From an uncultured delta proteobacterium (GTDB lineage: Bacteria > Desulfobacterota > Binatia > UBA9968): DNA of 64,000 bases. The notes below the pieces were generated by a model. The model made no database searches and was not told where the DNA came from. It saw only the letters and a program-made list of their open reading frames with translations. Within the stretch, counting starts at the first letter, position 1, and every line of letters begins with the position of its first letter. The stretch is taken from positions 352,001 through 416,000 of the forward strand of contig CAWDPO010000043.1 of assembly GCA_963804165.1 (NCBI GenBank), read 5' to 3'. Below are positions 62,589-64,000 of the stretch, one piece after another. Made by a program: the position numbers and the translations under genes.

Positions 62589-63242
62589 ATGTTTGTCGAA
62601 AAATGGATGACGCCCAACCCGGTGACACTCGCGCCGAGCACGACGATTTCAGCGGCGGCTTTGGAGATGAGCCGCCATAAGTTTAGACACTTGCTCGTCA
62701 CGCAGCCCTCGACCACAGGTAAAAAACTAGTAGGTCTGTTATCGAAGTACGACATCGCCCGCGCTTTTCCCGGTAACTTCAATCCGTTTTCCCTCGAAGT
62801 CACCGCCAGCACGGTTCCTAACCCAGTGAGCACGATCATGATTCGCAATGTCGTAACGGTGGAGCCTTACTGCGCCGTCGAAGAAGCGGCACGGATCATG
62901 CTCACCCGGCAAATAAACGCTCTTCCGGTCGTGCGCAGCGGCAACCTCGTCGGTATCATCACGGAATCGGACATCTTTGGCGCCCTTCTCGGCATGACCG
63001 GCGCAAACGCCCGCGGCGTCAAGATGATCATCGAGTCCAGGGATGTGAAAACGGCTTTGAGTTCGGTCACGCAGCTCAGCGAGAAACATCATTTGCAAAT
63101 TCAAAGCGCCATATCGTTTCACGACCACGAGTCGCCGAACAAAGTCGTCTCAGCTTTCCATTTCTCCGCCCAACCAAACGCTCAATTTGTCCAAGAGCTA
63201 ATCACGCTAGGTTTCCGCGTCGTGCGCGTCAGCAACTCGTAG
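62589..63242 (+). CDS. AcuB-like CBS protein, copy 3
   Basis: Same motifs as copies 1 and 2. Confidence 0.85.
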   Translation: MFVEKWMTPNPVTLAPSTTISAAALEMSRHKFRHLLVTQPSTTGKKLVGLLSKYDIARAFPGNFNPFSLEVTASTVPNPVSTIMIRNVVTVEPYCAVEEAARIMLTRQINALPVVRSGNLVGIITESDIFGALLGMTGANARGVKMIIESRDVKTALSSVTQLSEKHHLQIQSAISFHDHESPNKVVSAFHFSAQPNAQFVQELITLGFRVVRVSNS

Positions 63243-63492
63243 CGATTGGTTCAAGCGCGCGCGATCGCGCCGGATCGCCGTCAGTGACTATATTCCAACA
63301 AATTTGGGTTCGAAGGGCCGTACCGAGACGGGCCTCATAAAGCGTCCCTCACAGCTTTCCCTCCCGACGAGACAGACCTTTTTATTGACGCAAAGGCAGG
63401 ATCTGTAATAGCGTTTCCCCAAAAGCGCGCGCGATCCTCAGCGAGGCCCGCTTCACGCGTCAAAGCGACAAGACGGAAAGGAAATAATCTTT

Positions 63493-64000
63493 ATGGCTAT
63501 CATCGATTTGGATTCTCACCTACGTGATGGCTGGTTACTCGATGAGATCTACCAGCTGCCGGAACCTTTCGCTAAGTTCTCGCCGAAACGGATCGGCGAC
63601 GGAAAATATTTTTATTCCAAGTTCGAGCATAATCTCTCGCCGATGGAAGATCCGATCGCCAACGCAAATTTCAAAAAGCCGGTGACGCACCAGGTTTTTT
63701 ACAATCCGGAAGCGAATCAGCGGGGCAACGAGGTCATGCGCTGGCAACAAGGCGGGTACGACATGGAATACCGCATGAAGGATAACGCCCGCGAAGACAT
63801 CGATTTTCAGCTGATCTTTCCGACTCAAATCGACATACCGTCACAGAATCCGGGTGCGTTGGGTGCAGCGGTCGCGCGCGCTTACAACGATTGGGCGCAC
63901 AAACTCGTCGCCGGTTATCGCGACCGGCTCTCACCCGTAGCGATGATGCCCGCCGGCTGCCCGGAGGAAATGCCCAACGAGCTTAGACATTGCGTCGACG
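63493..64000 (+). CDS. Amidohydrolase family protein, N-terminal part (partial)
   Basis: MAIIDLDSH..., QLIFPT, ARAYNDW; runs off the window. Confidence 0.8.
   Translation, partial: MAIIDLDSHLRDGWLLDEIYQLPEPFAKFSPKRIGDGKYFYSKFEHNLSPMEDPIANANFKKPVTHQVFYNPEANQRGNEVMRWQQGGYDMEYRMKDNAREDIDFQLIFPTQIDIPSQNPGALGAAVARAYNDWAHKLVAGYRDRLSPVAMMPAGCPEEMPNELRHCVD

Noticed and set aside
61766-62680. 304-aa CBS ORF overlapping the next gene
   Set aside because: Best explained by one extra A in a homopolymer at about 62447; the corrected length matches the paralogs.

Overview
GC-rich bacterial window whose gene content (many NitT/TauT and ABC substrate-binding proteins, amidohydrolases, MFS transporters, a poly-GAF kinase) suggests a Candidatus Binatia/Deltaproteobacteria-like genome; this taxonomy is inferred from content only. 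No rRNA, tRNA, CRISPR array, integrase or intact transposase was seen. Clustered single-base frameshifts (about 9.9-12 kb and 14.2-20.2 kb, plus 34.7, 36.65 and 62.45 kb) look like long-read consensus errors. Main observations: (1) 2.4-13.9 kb is an array of minus-strand gene blocks, each bounded by co-oriented 30-bp sites with a 12-6-12 arm-spacer-arm layout (GATTGAACTGAA-CGACGC-TTCAGTTCGATC). Three of these sites pair with a second site with a GGAGAA spacer, and one block holds a canonical integron cassette with attC. (2) A MamK-like actin lies in an operon with a peptidoglycan amidase and a small membrane protein, with no other magnetosome genes. (3) Toxin-antitoxin modules sit behind duplicated, mostly synonymously diverged fragments of the adjacent host gene: several dipeptidase 3' tails at 29-35 kb and an MFS fragment after hipBA. 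The rest is largely ordinary: UbiD, a MoxR-DUF58-RDD-SpoIIM operon, a K+ channel, PssA, a TAXI protein and three tandem CBS proteins.
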